From positions 128,001-192,000 of the IMG/VR virus record IMGVR_UViG_3300037454_000906: a DNA stretch of 64,000 nucleotides; one strand, given 5' to 3'. Of the stretch, positions 1-9,276 are shown piece by piece. Origin of the DNA: a virus. The position numbers were made by a program, and so were the translations under genes. The stretch's first letter is position 1. Each line of letters begins with the position of its first letter. The notes below the pieces were generated by a model. It saw nothing but the letters and a program-made list of their open reading frames with translations, had not been told where the DNA came from and made no database searches.

Positions 1-2
1 TT

Positions 3-395
3 GAAGACATTATCCGCACTTCCGACAAGAAGCGCCACGAAATCGTCGAGGACCGCATCCGCGCCCTGTACGGCCACAGCGTACCTATGTTCATCAGGAA
101 GGACCCCGGGATACCCCCCGATGTCCTGTACCACGGAACCAACGACATTGCCATGGATGCAATCGCGGAGACGGGGCTTCTCCCCATGAGCCGCCAATAC
201 GTCCATATGTCCATCACTCCGGATATCGCGGTGATGGTGGCAAAGAGACGTAAGGGAAACATTGTTATCCTGGAAATAGACACCGTGAAGGCAAGGAAAG
301 CCGGCGTGGAATTCTATGTCGGCAACGACAAGGTATGGCTCGCCAAGGCTATCCCGGCGGAATATTTGCGGCCCGTTGCGGTGCCCGGGCCGTAA
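3..395 (+). CDS. kptA: RNA 2'-phosphotransferase Tpt1/KptA (5'-truncated by window edge)
   Basis: Frame is open from nt 3: EDIIRTSDKKRHEIVEDRIRALYGHS...LYHGT...RQYVHMS...FYVGNDKVWL. RIRAxxGHS, LYHGT and VHxS are KptA motifs. Confidence 0.9.
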   Translation, partial: EDIIRTSDKKRHEIVEDRIRALYGHSVPMFIRKDPGIPPDVLYHGTNDIAMDAIAETGLLPMSRQYVHMSITPDIAVMVAKRRKGNIVILEIDTVKARKAGVEFYVGNDKVWLAKAIPAEYLRPVAVPGP

Positions 396-418
396 GGCAA
401 TTCACCCAATTCAACCAA

Positions 419-1801
419 GTCAACTACCCACGCCCTAAAGGGCGTGAGCTTGTACGGCTCCCGTTGTTACCGCAGGGAGGCTTATGTACGATTGGGCGGT
501 TGACATACACCCTGCCTTCCAAGTTCTCAATGCACCATCAAGGGGCGTCTTGAACGAGGAAGGATGTTTGCTCTTCCGAGCTATATTGATTGCGGCATTC
601 CAGTCGGCATCCAGGACAGTACCGTTCTTGCAATAGAATCTACGATTCTTGCGAGTACCTTCCTTCTTGCCGGTGGTGCAATCTGTTTGGCTTGTCATGA
701 ACGGAGAAACCGTTTCCACTGTCTTACCGTACAGCGGTGCCTTGTATGACAAAATTTGCTTGAACTTGTAGAATGGAATTTGGTACATCCTACGATTATG
801 GGATTTCCGTTTGAATCCCTCTTTAGACTTTGAAGTCTTCTGCTTAATTCCGCTTAAATCTTCCATTACGATAATGGAAGCCGCTGTGCTTTGAATTACC
901 GCATTGGCAATCTTTCTGCACATATCGGTAGACTGGTTATGTTCCTTGATGGATAGCTTACGAAAATGCCTATGAGCTGACTTGGTTCCTTTCTTCTGCA
1001 AGCATCGTTTCAAGTAACGTAGTTTGCGTTTACGCTTGTTATATTCCTTGTCATGGAACATGATGCCATCGGAGGAAATTGCGAAACGGCGTTCGCCCAT
1101 ATCCAATCCGATGCAGTTGTCATCATATAGAGGTACATCGGGAACATTGAATGTTATCGAAAGGAAGAAACGCCCATTTCGCATGAAAATCAACGGGTCG
1201 GCGGTGGTATATTGCACAAACAGCGACTCCAGCCTGTCATAGCCGACCATATCCGCTACGGCTCTTTTGCAAGCCTTGCCGGAGCACAATGCAATGCTCT
1301 TGCGATTGAACTTGGAATACAGCCGCTTGTCCAGCCTCATTGATAGACCATGCTTTTCTGGTATTTTGTGCTTCTTATGACCGTTGCTCTTGATGGAACG
1401 AAATGCCGATATACATTCCTTGTATATTTTGATTACGGCTTGGCTTGGAATTGTTGGATATTCTTCTCGGAGAATATCATACACGGCTTTATGGACTGAA
1501 CGCAAGTCTATATGGACATTGTTGGAATCTAATATGTTAGCACACTTGTTATAGGCTTCCCTGGACAATGCAAGAATACTAGACCAGTATTCGTGGTCTT
1601 CCTTGGTACGGAACCGTATCTCTGCATTGTAGGTCAGTTCTACCATATAACTTTCACCCGTGTTCACCTATAAGTTTAGATAATTTCGGTTTGCAAAGCA
1701 AGTATTTTAGGCACAATATTGGAATAAATTGTTCCCAAAGTGTTCTCGTGGGCATTCCTATGCCGCCCTAAAGGGACGGCATCTTCCTACCCACTCTTTC
1801 T
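419..1801 (-). mobile_element. Non-autonomous IS200/IS605-family element (tnpB only, IS1341-like); TAM TCAC
   Basis: Left end (minus strand): TCAC|agaaagagtgggtagGAAG then hairpin atgccgtccc-TTTA-gggcggcat, with guide GAAG at +16..+19 as in IS608. Right end: CAAG, hairpin ctcacgccc-TTTA-gggcgtggg, then tagtTGAC. Both guide/cleavage-site pairs fit IS608-type pairing rules. Sits between convergent kptA and glf. Confidence 0.85.
435..1667 (-). CDS. tnpB: RNA-guided endonuclease TnpB
   Basis: RuvC motifs GLDMG, VMEDLS, DADWNAAINI; basic helix RKLRYLKRCLQKK; degenerate Zn ribbon; ORF runs into the right-end hairpin. Confidence 0.9.
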   Translation of the reverse strand: MNTGESYMVELTYNAEIRFRTKEDHEYWSSILALSREAYNKCANILDSNNVHIDLRSVHKAVYDILREEYPTIPSQAVIKIYKECISAFRSIKSNGHKKHKIPEKHGLSMRLDKRLYSKFNRKSIALCSGKACKRAVADMVGYDRLESLFVQYTTADPLIFMRNGRFFLSITFNVPDVPLYDDNCIGLDMGERRFAISSDGIMFHDKEYNKRKRKLRYLKRCLQKKGTKSAHRHFRKLSIKEHNQSTDMCRKIANAVIQSTAASIIVMEDLSGIKQKTSKSKEGFKRKSHNRRMYQIPFYKFKQILSYKAPLYGKTVETVSPFMTSQTDCTTGKKEGTRKNRRFYCKNGTVLDADWNAAINIARKSKHPSSFKTPLDGALRTWKAGCMSTAQSYISLPAVTTGAVQAHAL

Positions 1802-1806
1802 GTGAA

Positions 1807-3036
1807 CTACTCCTTGTCGTTGAGTATGTCGTCGAGTATACCATTCTGAATTTTGGGAATCCACTTCTCCGCCATTTTCAATGCGGATTCGATGCAATCA
1901 TCCATGTCGAAATACCGGTACAGGCCGAGCCGTCCACACAGGTGTACTTTACTCCCGAAACGGTACTTTTCCGCCCCGTTTTCACCCTGTTCCACCCATC
2001 TCGCATACTTCCGATATACTTTGTCATTTTCCGGGTTGTTTATCGGGTAGTATGGCTCATCGGTCTCTTTAAGACATGGGACTGGCGTTTCAACCGTAAC
2101 GACGGTCGTGTTGTTGCGGATACCGTAACGATCGGAATCGCGCCACGGCTGGAAATGCTTGTGCTCGATGGTCCGGGTGTATGGAACGTCCAGTGTGGTA
2201 TGGTTCACCACGGCGGTTCCCTGGAAATCGGGTACGGGGTACACGTTCGTCGTGAAGTCGAGACCCCTGAATTCCAGGGTATTCAATCCGAGCAGGAGGT
2301 CGGGACGACCGGAATAGAATATGTGGTCAGCCAATGGAAACAGGTCCGGGAGGCTCTTCACGAAATCCGTATTGAGCATCAAGTGCACCCGGGAGGGGGC
2401 GTCGCGGAAGATCATGTTCTCGATCCATTTGGTGTACCCCTCTTCCGGAATTCCCTGGTATTTGTCGTTGAAATAGTTGTTGTCCCATGTGAAACGCATC
2501 GGCAGGCGCTTGATTAGGTTAGCCGGCAGCTCGTCGCAGGAACGGTTCCACTGCTTCTCGGTATAGCCCTTGACAAGAAGTTCGAACACCGTTTTCCCCA
2601 CCATGCGCATGCAGCATCCGGAAAGGGTGTCCGGATCGCTGTTCGCCTTGGCCTCTTCGATTTCCTCGTCAATCTTCGCGGTGATTTCCTCGGGGGAAAG
2701 ACCGGGCCAGATACGGGAATACGTGTTCATGTTGAACGGGAGGTTCAGGTACAGGTACTTGTCATTCTGCTTGGTCATGGCGATGGGCGAGTTCTGGAAC
2801 GGCACGAAATTGGCGAAGTTGGTAGCGAATCGCCATACTTCCTCGTTGGATGTATGGAAGATGTGCGCTCCATACTTGTGCACGGTGATGCCGTTGAGTT
2901 CATACGTATGGCAATTTCCACCGATCTCGTTCCTTTTTTCTACAATGAGCACGGAGAATCCGTGGTTTGCAAACTTATTGGCCAGGACGGCATTATACAG
3001 GCCGGCGCCAACTAGCATTATGTCATATTTTTCCAT
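1807..3036 (-). CDS. glf: UDP-galactopyranose mutase
   Basis: FAD motif LVGAGLYNAV, IGGNCHT, HKYGAHIFHT, YQGIP, PYYPIN, GRLGLYRYFDMD. Confidence 0.95.
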   Translation of the reverse strand: MEKYDIMLVGAGLYNAVLANKFANHGFSVLIVEKRNEIGGNCHTYELNGITVHKYGAHIFHTSNEEVWRFATNFANFVPFQNSPIAMTKQNDKYLYLNLPFNMNTYSRIWPGLSPEEITAKIDEEIEEAKANSDPDTLSGCCMRMVGKTVFELLVKGYTEKQWNRSCDELPANLIKRLPMRFTWDNNYFNDKYQGIPEEGYTKWIENMIFRDAPSRVHLMLNTDFVKSLPDLFPLADHIFYSGRPDLLLGLNTLEFRGLDFTTNVYPVPDFQGTAVVNHTTLDVPYTRTIEHKHFQPWRDSDRYGIRNNTTVVTVETPVPCLKETDEPYYPINNPENDKVYRKYARWVEQGENGAEKYRFGSKVHLCGRLGLYRYFDMDDCIESALKMAEKWIPKIQNGILDDILNDKE

Positions 3037-3089
3037 GAAAGTTTCCTTTTTATTGGGCTATACCCGCCCAAAATGTTGACTGTAGTTTT

Positions 3090-3362
3090 TTAGCATATCG
3101 TTTTGTAGGCAGCACTTGGATGGGCATAACCGTTGAAACGAAGAGTCGCAGTGGCCCACCCCGGTATAGACCCGAGTACAATGGCCCGGGCGATTTCTTC
3201 CGCCGTCATGGTTTCCTGTGCCATGTATAGAAGTGCGTCCATGTGCTCTTCCGAACGCTCCAAGCGTTCCCGAGGCACGTCCTCGTTACGGGAAAGCCAT
3301 TGCATCACCTCGGTGCGCTTGACTTCATCATCTTCACACAGAAACCTACTATATCTCGACAT
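3090..3362 (-). CDS. hypothetical protein
   Basis: 90-aa ORF starting just after repeat copy 1. Confidence 0.6.
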   Translation of the reverse strand: MSRYSRFLCEDDEVKRTEVMQWLSRNEDVPRERLERSEEHMDALLYMAQETMTAEEIARAIVLGSIPGWATATLRFNGYAHPSAAYKTIC

Positions 3363-3364
3363 CG

Positions 3365-3402
3365 GATTTTAACCTCTTGGTTAGGGAGCACCGTTAAACC
3401 TA
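3365..3402 (-). repeat. 38-bp intergenic direct repeat, copy 1 (TAGGTTTAACGGTGCTCCCTAACCAAGAGGTTAAAATC)
   Basis: 36/38 identical to 3782-3819; begins with the TAG stop of the upstream ORF. Confidence 0.9.
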
Positions 3403-3570
3403 TAAACTTCCAACTTCTTTTAGCCTATCATACTCTGCTAAGGCATTTGCAAAAGCTCCATGTTCTCGTTCTTGATTAATTCTTTTCATTTCCTTAGCAA
3501 TATCTTCAACAGAAGGTCCATTGTAATTCGGCGTTTTGGAAAGAAAATCGAATATCGATCTCTTCTTCAT
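3400..3570 (-). CDS. small hypothetical protein (MKKRSIFDFL...)
   Basis: 56 aa; purine-rich RBS (aaaggaaa); stop is the first 3 nt of repeat copy 1. Confidence 0.6.
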   Translation of the reverse strand: MKKRSIFDFLSKTPNYNGPSVEDIAKEMKRINQEREHGAFANALAEYDRLKEVGSL

Positions 3571-3584
3571 TTTTATTTTCCTTT

Positions 3585-3764
3585 TCAGTCCTTGAAGGAG
3601 TGTCCACACTGCGGGCACGTATGGTATTCCGAGCGGTCGGGGCACAGCCGTCCGAGTTCTTCCTGCATCTTGGCAAGGAATTTCGGGGCTATGAGCGGGT
3701 AGTCGTTCACTTGCCTGATGCGGCCTTTCAGATCTTTTTCACGTTTGCCGTGCATGGCGGTCAT
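3585..3764 (-). CDS. small protein with C-terminal CPQCG Zn-ribbon half-site (not in ORF track)
   Basis: Translated by hand: MTAMHGKREKDLKGRIRQVNDYPLIAPKFLAKMQEELGRLCPDRSEYHTCPQCGHSFKD*; RBS aaaggaa. Confidence 0.6.
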   Translation of the reverse strand: MTAMHGKREKDLKGRIRQVNDYPLIAPKFLAKMQEELGRLCPDRSEYHTCPQCGHSFKD

Positions 3765-3781
3765 GGGTGTTTCCTTTATTT

Positions 3782-3819
3782 GATTTTAACTTCTTGGTTA
3801 GGGAGCGCCGTTAAACCTA
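3782..3819 (-). repeat. 38-bp intergenic direct repeat, copy 2
   Basis: TAGGTTTAACGGCGCTCCCTAACCAAGAAGTTAAAATC; begins with the TAG stop of ORF 3817-4410. Confidence 0.9.
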
Positions 3820-4410
3820 GATACTCTTCGATATATAGCAGAACGAGTTTACGAAGTTCCTGATGCGGTTGACCGCATCGGCGTCGTTGGCGAAATAGCA
3901 ATGAAGATTGGCCACCTTCTTAACTTCCCGGCTGGTCCTGTCGACACGCTGATACTTTTCAAATGTTACGCACCATACACGCGGGGCATCGAGGTCATAT
4001 CCGGTGGCGGACTGGTGTATGCTCACCTGTTCGAACGGGAACATCTCAAATTGTTCGACGCCCTCGACCCTAACAGAGCCCTGCCGGGAAATGTGTACGT
4101 CGGTGTTAGAATCGCCATAACTCGATACACGGTACGAAAAATCGGATCCATCGGCAGTGCGCCGGTCGTTGTCAATTCTGTCGATATGGTCAAAGAACTG
4201 TTCCACGTTTACCGTGACAAGCTGTTTGGTAAGACCTTCATCGCCTTCAGACGAGTTCTTGATGAAGTCCGCCTGCTTCATGAACATCTGTATCGCGGCA
4301 TGCTTGACCTGATTAAGCTCGGTTTCTGAAAGCGGGCTCGGGTAGATTTTCATCTTCCCGTCGTCAATCTCCACATCATATGAGTGGTCGTTTTCCAGGG
4401 TTACTTTCAT
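3817..4410 (-). CDS. hypothetical protein
   Basis: 197-aa ORF in minus-strand block. Confidence 0.65.
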   Translation of the reverse strand: MKVTLENDHSYDVEIDDGKMKIYPSPLSETELNQVKHAAIQMFMKQADFIKNSSEGDEGLTKQLVTVNVEQFFDHIDRIDNDRRTADGSDFSYRVSSYGDSNTDVHISRQGSVRVEGVEQFEMFPFEQVSIHQSATGYDLDAPRVWCVTFEKYQRVDRTSREVKKVANLHCYFANDADAVNRIRNFVNSFCYISKSI

Positions 4411-4426
4411 TCGTCACCCCCGCCAG

Positions 4427-4741
4427 CTATCTACATTCGGGACGGCTGACCGTCGTCTTGTTCGTAACAGTGACCTTCAGCTTGGAGAAGTCGCCGTTGA
4501 AAATGAGCGAACCGGGCTTCCAGTGGTTCGAGATTTCGGACCCGATCGACTGGGATTCCCAGAAGCTCTTTTCGACGGGGATGTTGAACTCGATCGCGTT
4601 CATGCTGTTCTTGATATGCTCGCTGATGCTGAGCGTAAAGGTGGACTGCTTGACCTTGAGGGTCAATACATAGTAATACGGGTCCGAGCACGCGGCGGAA
4701 ATTCCAACGGCTGTGAGAATGGCCAATGCGATTTTCTTCAT
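4427..4741 (-). CDS. putative lipoprotein
   Basis: MKKIALAILTAVGISAAC signal peptide with lipobox Cys. Confidence 0.65.
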   Translation of the reverse strand: MKKIALAILTAVGISAACSDPYYYVLTLKVKQSTFTLSISEHIKNSMNAIEFNIPVEKSFWESQSIGSEISNHWKPGSLIFNGDFSKLKVTVTNKTTVSRPECR

Positions 4742-4820
4742 TTTATTATCCTTGTTGGTTGTCTGCACATTTTGGGTGGGCATAGACTTTTACTAAATAT
4801 AGTAAAAATGCGAACAAAAA

Positions 4821-4850
4821 TTGCCATTTCCGCAACATTTTTATTATATT
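4821..4850 (+). promoter_or_regulatory. promoter TTGCCA-N18-TATATT
   Basis: Matches window-wide consensus; upstream of the 4876 gene at a divergent junction. Confidence 0.6.
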
Positions 4851-4875
4851 TCGGACATATGCAACGGAGGCCACG

Positions 4876-5319
4876 ATGAGGCGAAAGAAGGACCTATTGT
4901 CCAGCATTCATATGCTCGATTACAGATTTTATGACTCCACGGGAAAGCCGTACAACCCCAAAGGAAAACCGAAAACCCAACGGGGAACTGTACCGGCTGC
5001 GATAATGCGTGACGCGAACGAATACAAGTTCCCCGAAATGTTCTATATAGTGCAAAACCTCATCGAAGTGTATGGAAATGATTCCACGCTCGGTGAAATC
5101 ATCTGCAAATTCCGTCCACTCGGCTTCAAATGCCCGCAATGCAACGGGAGCGGCAAAATACAGGAAAAGTATGATGCGTATCCAGCCGGCATGCCCGATT
5201 CCGGGTGCGTGCACGATTGGCAGTATCGGGACGTGGAATGCTCCCTTTGTAACGGGTCCGGCGCGCTCGAAAAGAAAATGAAGCCGCGCATGGTCCGGGA
5301 TGGATGGGAGGAGGCGTGA
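4876..5319 (+). CDS. protein with DnaJ-type CxxCxGxG zinc finger
   Basis: CPQCNGSG...CSLCNGSG; GGAGG RBS. Confidence 0.7.
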   Translation: MRRKKDLLSSIHMLDYRFYDSTGKPYNPKGKPKTQRGTVPAAIMRDANEYKFPEMFYIVQNLIEVYGNDSTLGEIICKFRPLGFKCPQCNGSGKIQEKYDAYPAGMPDSGCVHDWQYRDVECSLCNGSGALEKKMKPRMVRDGWEEA

Positions 5320-5702
5320 ACCACAAGGAATGGATTCTCCATGAAGTCGAGGAGGCCGAACGGCGTTATTGGACCTTCGGTGTCCATTTCGGTTGCGGAA
5401 TCGAGCAGCTTTTTGCCGATCTTCCATATGAGTTCAAACTGAATCCATCAAAGGAATTTATGGCCAAGTATGCCGGCGCGGTAGAACGGTACCTTCCGAT
5501 AACCCCGGTCGCCCCGCCACCTCGACTCCGACCGGGTACCCTGGAATATGTCATAGAGACCACCGAATACGGCCACGTCATGAAAGAAATGTATGACCTG
5601 GGGATAGAGCTTTCCGTTGAGTCGATTCGGGACTATATTGATGGTATTCGACGCGCAGACTGGGCTCGACGCGCGGCCCGGGCATCACTTTCCACCATAT
5701 AG
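5316..5702 (+). CDS. hypothetical protein
   Basis: GTGA overlap with upstream stop. Confidence 0.6.
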   Translation: MNHKEWILHEVEEAERRYWTFGVHFGCGIEQLFADLPYEFKLNPSKEFMAKYAGAVERYLPITPVAPPPRLRPGTLEYVIETTEYGHVMKEMYDLGIELSVESIRDYIDGIRRADWARRAARASLSTI

Positions 5703-6386
5703 TTCACGGAGGGATTTGGGAAATTCCACCGGACCGGCAACCGGGGTAACGCCTATTATGTGGTTCGCCAGCAGGTCCGGATGTCGCCTTTCATTGCGAT
5801 TCCTCGGTACGTTCGGAATTTTCAGGGAATCATCCGGAAACATTGGGGGAAATTTTCTACATCCGCGTACACGGGGACGTTCGAATGGAACAATATCCCG
5901 ACTCGTTCTGCACAGTTCCTTGCGGTAAGCATCGGCCTCAGCTTTCCTTGCCGTGGCAAGCTCATCCAGGAGATTGAGATATCTCCTGTATGCCTCGACG
6001 TTCCTGCGGAACACGATGCGGTCGCCGCAGATGGTATATTCGCCGAATGCCGGGGAACCCCCGTCCGCGCCATGTGCCGTGTCACAGATGAACACCGGAA
6101 CGTCTATGTAGCCACCCCACTGCCCGAATGATTCGTTAACCATGCCCACCGCGTCGGAGCAATCCCCCGGATGGAGTTCCCAACGGTAACTGTGCATGAA
6201 ATCATGTATCCGGGTGAACCTCCCGGGCACCTCGTCGTTATGCGCATCCACCAGGTAGATTTGCTTATCACCGTAACGGCGGCAGATGTCCCGGAGTTCG
6301 CCGCAGGTAATCTGGTGATATTCTCGACCGAGTGACCTGATTTCGGTCCTTATTTCGTTGCTTTTTCTCATGGTTATCCCCAACAA
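5685..6386 (-). CDS. hypothetical protein
   Basis: 233-aa ORF abutting the upstream gene. Confidence 0.6.
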   Translation of the reverse strand: MLGITMRKSNEIRTEIRSLGREYHQITCGELRDICRRYGDKQIYLVDAHNDEVPGRFTRIHDFMHSYRWELHPGDCSDAVGMVNESFGQWGGYIDVPVFICDTAHGADGGSPAFGEYTICGDRIVFRRNVEAYRRYLNLLDELATARKAEADAYRKELCRTSRDIVPFERPRVRGCRKFPPMFPDDSLKIPNVPRNRNERRHPDLLANHIIGVTPVAGPVEFPKSLRELYGGK

Positions 6387-6653
6387 TCAGTAATCCCGAA
6401 CGGATTCGGGCTCGTGTCCAATATATGCCGTGATTTTCGCCTGCAGTGCATCCGTTGCGTCGACCGCGGTAACCTTCTTCCCGTTGACAAGCACAACATG
6501 CTTGCAGTTGTTCGGCAATTTCATGGAGTACGATTCCATGAACACCGATGCCACCGCATTCGGGATCGGGTGATGCGGGGAGTCCTCCATGGCAATGATG
6601 TGGCAGAACTTAATCGTCTCGTAAGCTATGCGGCGCTTCATACTCACCACCAC
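6387..6653 (-). CDS. hypothetical protein
   Basis: 88-aa ORF coupled to neighbours. Confidence 0.5.
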   Translation of the reverse strand: MVVSMKRRIAYETIKFCHIIAMEDSPHHPIPNAVASVFMESYSMKLPNNCKHVVLVNGKKVTAVDATDALQAKITAYIGHEPESVRDY

Positions 6654-7306
6654 TCCTCTGGATGGAACGGCTTCGGGTCGGGGAATTTCGATGAGGGGAA
6701 TGCCCTCACGCGATCCAGCATTTGGTCGAATTTTTGTTCGGTTTCGGCCTTCTTCTGTGTCAGGACATCCGTAACGTCAGAGAAATCGGCCATCTTGAAC
6801 CGTCTCGACATTATCGCCATATATTCCAAAAAGTCACGTTCAAGATCATGCAATTCAAATATGCTTTCATCGCGATGAGTCAGGCATATATTCCAGAGGT
6901 TCTTATCCACGCCCGGGCCGGAAATCATCAGTGTCCCGCCCCCGTCTTGGTAAAGGTCAACCGAGTTGACCATAATGTACGTGCAATCGTCAGCGAGCAC
7001 CACCTTCCCAAGAAGCCATTCGCGACACTCCTTTAAGATCGTCTTGTAGCACTCGAACACTTTAACCTGCAGGGCATTTCTTTTCGAGTTTATCTTGTTC
7101 TCCTTTTTTCTCATTGTTTCCAGCAGCCGCCTCTCTTCTTCGGTCGGATCCTTGAGCTGGGACAACGAGAACCGGACATCTGCCCGGATTCTGCACGAGC
7201 CACCCGTTGCGTACGCATCGGTAAACTCGGATTCTTGGTTTTTGCTCGCGAACAGCTTCATTATTGCGGTCCGCACGGAATTGGGCATAGAAAATTCAGC
7301 TATCAT
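6644..7306 (-). CDS. hypothetical protein (probably leaderless mRNA)
   Basis: 220 aa; TGC-TATATT at 7318-7313 lies 6 nt before ATG. Confidence 0.65.
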   Translation of the reverse strand: MIAEFSMPNSVRTAIMKLFASKNQESEFTDAYATGGSCRIRADVRFSLSQLKDPTEEERRLLETMRKKENKINSKRNALQVKVFECYKTILKECREWLLGKVVLADDCTYIMVNSVDLYQDGGGTLMISGPGVDKNLWNICLTHRDESIFELHDLERDFLEYMAIMSRRFKMADFSDVTDVLTQKKAETEQKFDQMLDRVRAFPSSKFPDPKPFHPEEWW

Positions 7307-7332
7307 ATCCCAAATATAGCAAAAAATTCAGA

Positions 7333-7361
7333 ATTGACACCGGTGATGGTTTTTGCTATAT
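7333..7361 (+). promoter_or_regulatory. promoter TTGACA-N17-TATATT (extended TGn)
   Basis: Exact 17-nt spacing; heads the plus-strand block 7405-11035. Confidence 0.7.
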
Positions 7362-7404
7362 TCATGTACAAGGAGAGAGCAATTCCTCTCACCCACTAAA
7401 AACA

Positions 7405-7620
7405 ATGACCATATCATGTATCATCCTCATGGCAGCCATGTATCTCGGGCTGCTTTCGGCGGTAATCCTGGGTGGATTCCTTCTGTTTACAAAGCCAGAC
7501 CCCAGGGTCCCGGCGTTTAACGCCAGCCGCAGGTTCTGGATCCGGCAATGCGCTACGATGCTCTGCATCTGCGTGGTGGCAATCATCTGGTGCCTGGCGA
7601 ACATCACCGGAGTTCTATGA
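7405..7620 (+). CDS. small membrane protein
   Basis: Two hydrophobic segments. Confidence 0.55.
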   Translation: MTISCIILMAAMYLGLLSAVILGGFLLFTKPDPRVPAFNASRRFWIRQCATMLCICVVAIIWCLANITGVL

Positions 7621-7621
7621 C

Positions 7622-8335
7622 ATGAGTTCGACGCGGACCAACAGAAAGTTCAAGATAGCAAGCCCGTTCCTTAACCAGCGGGAGATTTCGTCCAATTTCC
7701 ATGGACAGGAAGTGTATAAGTCCGACACATGGCACCCGTATTACCGTTACGAGGAACGGGATGAACTTGGAAGGCTTACCGGCATCTACTACGCCGACGA
7801 AAACAAGAAGCCGAGGCCGAGGAGGCTCGTGGTCAAGTATTCCGACGACAGCAAGCGCCCGTATGCAATATGGTTCTGCTACGACGGGACCGAAGACATG
7901 CACTTCTGCTTCAAGTACACGAAAACCGGGGACCTCGACACGATTTACTTCTGGGGCAACGCCGGGAATACATGCAACGAGTTCCATTACAAGAAGGCGA
8001 CACAGACAACCACGGTCAAGGAAGGCCGCCGGACGACATACAAGGAGAGCTGGTCGGCGGTCACGATCAACGGCCACCCCGCGCTGTTCCTCCGTAAACT
8101 GCCGGACATGACCGATGTCGCCGGGTTCTTCCATACCCACATGAAGGACCCTCCCTACCCCCAGACCCTGCTCGAAAACGACCGGGCAATCCACGACTGG
8201 CTGGGCATAAGCGCGGAAATCCTGCACGACAGGTACCCGAAGGAACCCCCGCGCCCCTTTGACCCGAAACTGGACGGTTACTGGCTGCGGCAGATGAATG
8301 ACATCCAGAATACCATCAACAAGCCGCACCCGTAA
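7622..8335 (+). CDS. hypothetical protein
   Basis: Start reassigned to MSSTRTNRK just after the upstream stop; GC3-rich codon bias. Confidence 0.65.
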   Translation: MSSTRTNRKFKIASPFLNQREISSNFHGQEVYKSDTWHPYYRYEERDELGRLTGIYYADENKKPRPRRLVVKYSDDSKRPYAIWFCYDGTEDMHFCFKYTKTGDLDTIYFWGNAGNTCNEFHYKKATQTTTVKEGRRTTYKESWSAVTINGHPALFLRKLPDMTDVAGFFHTHMKDPPYPQTLLENDRAIHDWLGISAEILHDRYPKEPPRPFDPKLDGYWLRQMNDIQNTINKPHP

Positions 8336-8363
8336 ATAAATTTTAACTTTTTCTGAGGTCACA

Positions 8364-8795
8364 ATGCAACAGCAACCAGTCCAAAATCCGCTAGTCCATG
8401 TAATCATCCCCAAGTGGGTGACGGCGGAATACACATTCCAGCCGGTGCCGCGGTTCGTCATACTGCTGGAAGCCGCGATTCCCGTAGGGACCGCGCACAA
8501 GCTGCGCAGCTCTGGGCGCGTCACCGACTACTTCATCGAGACCTGGCGGACGCCCGCCGAGATCCGCGAATACATCCACAAGTTCGACATGGTGGTGGCA
8601 CCGGTCCACTTAGCCTATACCGAAATAGAGAAGTGCCCCCGGAAGCTGTCCATCGCGCTCTCCAGGGAACGGGCCAAATACTGCGTGACCCGTTCCGACG
8701 AGGACGAGAAAAGAAAATCATTCCTGCTCTCGCTTTCATGCGGGCTCAACAGCGGACGGAGAATCCCAGATGACACCGAGAAGACAACACGCTAA
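8364..8795 (+). CDS. hypothetical protein
   Basis: 143 aa; GAGG RBS. Confidence 0.55.
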   Translation: MQQQPVQNPLVHVIIPKWVTAEYTFQPVPRFVILLEAAIPVGTAHKLRSSGRVTDYFIETWRTPAEIREYIHKFDMVVAPVHLAYTEIEKCPRKLSIALSRERAKYCVTRSDEDEKRKSFLLSLSCGLNSGRRIPDDTEKTTR

Positions 8796-9276
8796 AGCAC
8801 CGAACGGCATGAGCGGCCTCAGGGCACGAGCGAATTGGAACACGACCACCATAGTGAATCCTTACAGGAAGGCCCTCGTGTTAGCAATCGGGAAATTGAT
8901 CTGGCCACACATAAGGAGCATGTCGGGGTTCTGTGGACGCTGTTCGTCTGATGTCATCCTTACATATGCCAATGTTGGCGGATACAAGGCATTCAAGAAG
9001 AGATTCGGTATAGACTTCGTGGAGAGCAAAACGGTATACTTCGGGCCGAACACGATTTCGTCTGAACTTGTCGAGACAATCGACCATGTCCTCCCCCGCG
9101 ACGAGGACATGTCATACGTTGCCTCGATAGATGTCACCAAGCCATTCAATGAAAATGAGACGGTACGGATAGCCAACCCGTATCCGCCTCCCCCGAAATA
9201 CCCGAGGTGCAGAGACGAGCAGGGTGATGGCGGCGAATTAAAGCATCGGAATACTAATCAAAGGAGCGATACATGA
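8770..9276 (+). CDS. hypothetical protein
   Basis: 168 aa; ATGA-coupled to next gene. Confidence 0.55.
   Translation: MTPRRQHAKAPNGMSGLRARANWNTTTIVNPYRKALVLAIGKLIWPHIRSMSGFCGRCSSDVILTYANVGGYKAFKKRFGIDFVESKTVYFGPNTISSELVETIDHVLPRDEDMSYVASIDVTKPFNENETVRIANPYPPPPKYPRCRDEQGDGGELKHRNTNQRSDT

Noticed and set aside
1729-2517. Long antisense ORFs (also 7604-8524, 43986-44897, 45911-46612, 50486-51646, 52294-53136, 61273-62232)
   Set aside because: Shadow frames opposite motif-supported or better-supported genes; expected from GC3-rich codon usage; no RBS or motifs.
3365-3819. Integron attC cassettes
   Set aside because: About 33 bp between RYYYAAC and a non-canonical GTTAAAA is much shorter than typical attC (about 57 bp or more); no L boxes or integrase seen.
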